From the human T2T-CHM13v2.0 reference genome, Homo sapiens, in the NCBI RefSeq assembly GCF_009914755.1, contig NC_060927.1: a DNA stretch of 64,000 nucleotides. One strand, given 5' to 3'. A program made the translations under genes and the position numbers. Each line of letters opens with the position of its first letter. The first letter of the stretch is position 1. The notes beneath the pieces were generated by a model. The model was not told the origin of the DNA. It was given only the letters and a program-made list of their open reading frames with translations, and did no database searches. Of this stretch, positions 61,551 to 64,000 are shown one piece after another.

Positions 61551-64000
61551 GTAAATGAAATATGAAAGTACATCAAATATAGATTATATACTGTACATAA
61601 AATATGAAAGTACCCCAAATATATATTATATACTCTACATGAAATATCAAAGTTCACAAACTATATATTATATACTGTACATAAAATATCAAAGTACCCA
61701 AGGTATATATTCTATACTGTACAAAAAATATCAAAGTATCCAAAGCATGTATTATATACTGTATATAAAATATGAAAGTACATCAAATATATATTTTATT
61801 CTGTACATAAAATATCAAAGTACACCAGATATATATTCTATAGTGTACATAAAATATCAAAGTACCCAAACTATACATTATATACTGTACATAAAATATG
61901 AAATTACAGCAAATATATATTATATTAGGTACATAAAATATGAAAGTACATCAAATATAGATTATATACTCTACATTAAATACCAAAGTACCCCAAATAT
62001 ATATTTTATACTCTACATGAAATATCAAAGTTCACAAACCATATATTATATACTGTACATAAAATATCAAAGTACCCAAGGTATATATTCTATACTGTAC
62101 AAAAAATATCAAAGTACCCAAAGCATGTATTATATACTATACCTAAAATATGAAAGTACATCAAATATATATTTTATTCTGTACATAAAATATCAAAGTA
62201 CACCAGATATATATTCTACAGTGTACATAAAATATCAAAGTACCCAAACTATACATTATATACTGTACATAAAATATGAAATTACATCAAATATATATTA
62301 TATTAGGTACATAAAATACGAAAGTACATCAAATATAGATTATATACTGTACATAAAATATCAAAGTACCCCAATATATATTATATACTGTACATGAAAT
62401 ATCAAAGTTCACAAACTATATATTATGTACTGTACATAAAATATCAAAGTACCCAAGGTATATATTCTATACTGTACAAAAAATATCAAAGTACCCAAAG
62501 CATGTATTATATAATGTACATAAAATATGAAAGTACATCAAATATATATTTTATTCTGTACATAAAATATCAAAGTACACCAGATATATATTCTATAGCG
62601 TACATAAAATATCAAAGTACACAAACTATACATTATATACTGTACATAAAATATGAAATTACATCAAATATATATTATATTAGGTAAATGAAATATGAAA
62701 GTACATCAAATATAGATTATATACTGTACATAAAATATGAAAGTACCCCAAATATATATTATATACTCTACATGAAATATCAAAGTTCACAAACTATATA
62801 TTATATACTGTACATAAAATATCAAAGTACCCAAGGTATATATTCTATACTGTACAAAAAATATCAAAGTATCCAAAGCATGTATTATATACTGTATATA
62901 AAATATGAAAGTACATCAAATATATATTTTATTCTGTACATAAAATATCAAAGTACACCAGATATATATTCTATAGCGTACATAAAATATCAAAGTACAC
63001 AAACTGTACATTATATACTGTACATAAAATATGAAATTACATCAAATATATATTATATTAGGTACATAAAATATGAAAGTACATCAAATATAGATTATAT
63101 ACTGTAAATATAATATCAATGTACCCCAAATATATATTTTATACTCTACATGAAATATCAAAGTTCACAAACCATATATTATATACTGTACATAAAATAA
63201 CAAAGTACCCAAGGTATATATTCTAAACTGTACAAAAAATATCAAAGTACCCAAAGCATGTATTATATACTGTACATAAAATAGGAAAGTACATCAAATA
63301 TATATTTTATTCTGTACATAAAATATCAAAGTACACCAGATATATATTCTATAGTGTACATAAAATATCAAAGTACCCAAACTATACATTATATACTGTA
63401 CATAAAATATGAAATTACATCAAATATATATTATATTAGGTACATGAAATTTGAAAGTACATCAAATATAGATTATATACTGTACATAAAATATGAAAGT
63501 ACCCCAAATATATATTATATACTCTACATGAAATATCAAAGTTCACAAACTATATATTATATACTGTACATAAAATATCAAAGTACCCAAGGTATATATT
63601 CTATACTGTACAAAAAATATCAAAGTATCCAAAGCATGTATTATATACTGTATATAAAATATGAAAGTACATCAAATATATATTTTATTCTGTACATAAA
63701 ATATCAAAGTACACCAGATATATATTCTATAGTGTACATAAAATATCAAAGTACCCAAACTATACATTATATACTGTACATAAAATATGAAATTACAGCA
63801 AATATATATTATATTAGGTACATAAAATATGAAAGTACATCAAATATAGATTATATACTCTACATTAAATACCAAAGTACCCCAAATATATATTTTATAC
63901 TGTACATGAAATATCAAAGTTCACAAACTATATATTATATACTGTACATAAAATATCAATATACCCAAGGTATATATTCTATACTGCACAAAAAATATCA
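61550..64000 (+). repeat. Mosaic end segment with 1133-bp re-duplication
   Basis: The rare variant aggtaaatgaaa occurs at ~61549 and ~62682. ORFs 61555 and 62688 start identically (offset 1133 = 27 monomers minus 1 bp). Confidence 0.75.

Larger units (their letters stand above)
1..64000 (+). repeat. Human satellite 1A (HSat1A / SAR / classical satellite I) array, 42-bp monomer
   Basis: Continuous tandem repeat of 17-bp ACATAAAATAT(C/G)AAAGT plus 25-bp AC(A/C)(C/T)(A/C)AA..ATATATT.TATACTGT units with GTAC (RsaI) at most unit junctions. Very AT-rich. The ORF track shows a 14-aa period. This matches the known 17+25 bp organisation of satellite I. Same orientation throughout. Confidence 0.96.
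1..64000 (+). repeat. 378-bp (9 x 42 bp) higher-order repeat
   Basis: Nine distinguishable 25-bp units recur in fixed order: TCACAAACT.., ACCCAAGGT.., ACCCAAAGCATG.., ACATCAAAT..TTTTATTC, ACACCAGAT..ATAGTG, ACCCAAACTATAC.., ACATCAAAT..ATTAGG, ACATCAAATATAG.., ACCCCAAAT... Starts of equivalent units are 378 bp apart (e.g. 53998/54376, 9121/9499), or 373/377 bp where the 5-bp or 1-bp deletion variants occur. Confidence 0.95.

Noticed and set aside
337-63107. About 130 predicted ORFs as protein-coding genes
   Set aside because: They are all translations of the same satellite frame(s): low complexity, a 14-aa period, broken by random indels and stops, with no recognisable domain or gene structure.
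1-64000. CRISPR-like array (conserved 17-bp repeat plus variable 25-bp 'spacer')
   Set aside because: The 'spacers' are homologous to each other and recycle every nine units. There are no cas genes or leader, and the sequence matches a primate satellite.
1-64000. Alpha satellite, CENP-B boxes or HSat2/3
   Set aside because: There is no 171-bp period, no TTCG....A..CGGG motif and no (CATTC)n.
1-64000. Transposon insertions, inversions or unique-sequence islands
   Set aside because: None seen on reading through. Orientation and monomer register are maintained throughout, though a very short insert could be missed by eye.
1-64000. Hairpin/terminator or steroid-receptor elements from TGTACA and TATATA palindromes
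   Set aside because: The palindromes are only about 6-10 bp and AT-rich, and I saw no correctly spaced inverted half-site pairs or stable GC stems.

Overview
The whole 64 kb window is one uninterrupted, single-orientation, very AT-rich tandem satellite array. It matches human/great-ape classical Satellite 1A (HSat1A, 'SAR'). The 42-bp monomer consists of a 17-bp unit (ACATAAAATATCAAAGT) and a variable 25-bp unit (e.g. ACCCAAACTATACATTATATACTGT), joined at RsaI (GTAC) sites. Monomers are organised as a 9-monomer, 378-bp higher-order repeat (about 1,500 monomers, about 170 9-mers). I see no genes, transposons, RNA genes or inversions. All listed ORFs are artefacts of a 42-bp (14-codon) period with one stop-free frame. 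Above the 378-bp level there are two domains. The left (~1-42 kb) is a patchwork of tandem and dispersed block duplications (offsets 499, 1880, 2793, 2976, 3874, 8855, 10101, 11399, 18957 bp). The right (~42.3-61.5 kb) is a young, homogeneous domain built from 2419-bp and 2047-bp units forming a 6885-bp super-repeat. The most interesting functional hint is that the + strand carries a perfect Pumilio response element (TGTANATA) at 5-6 of every 9 monomer junctions, so a + strand transcript would be an extremely multivalent NORAD-like PUM-binding RNA; this is a hypothesis only. The chromosome cannot be assigned from the sequence alone.
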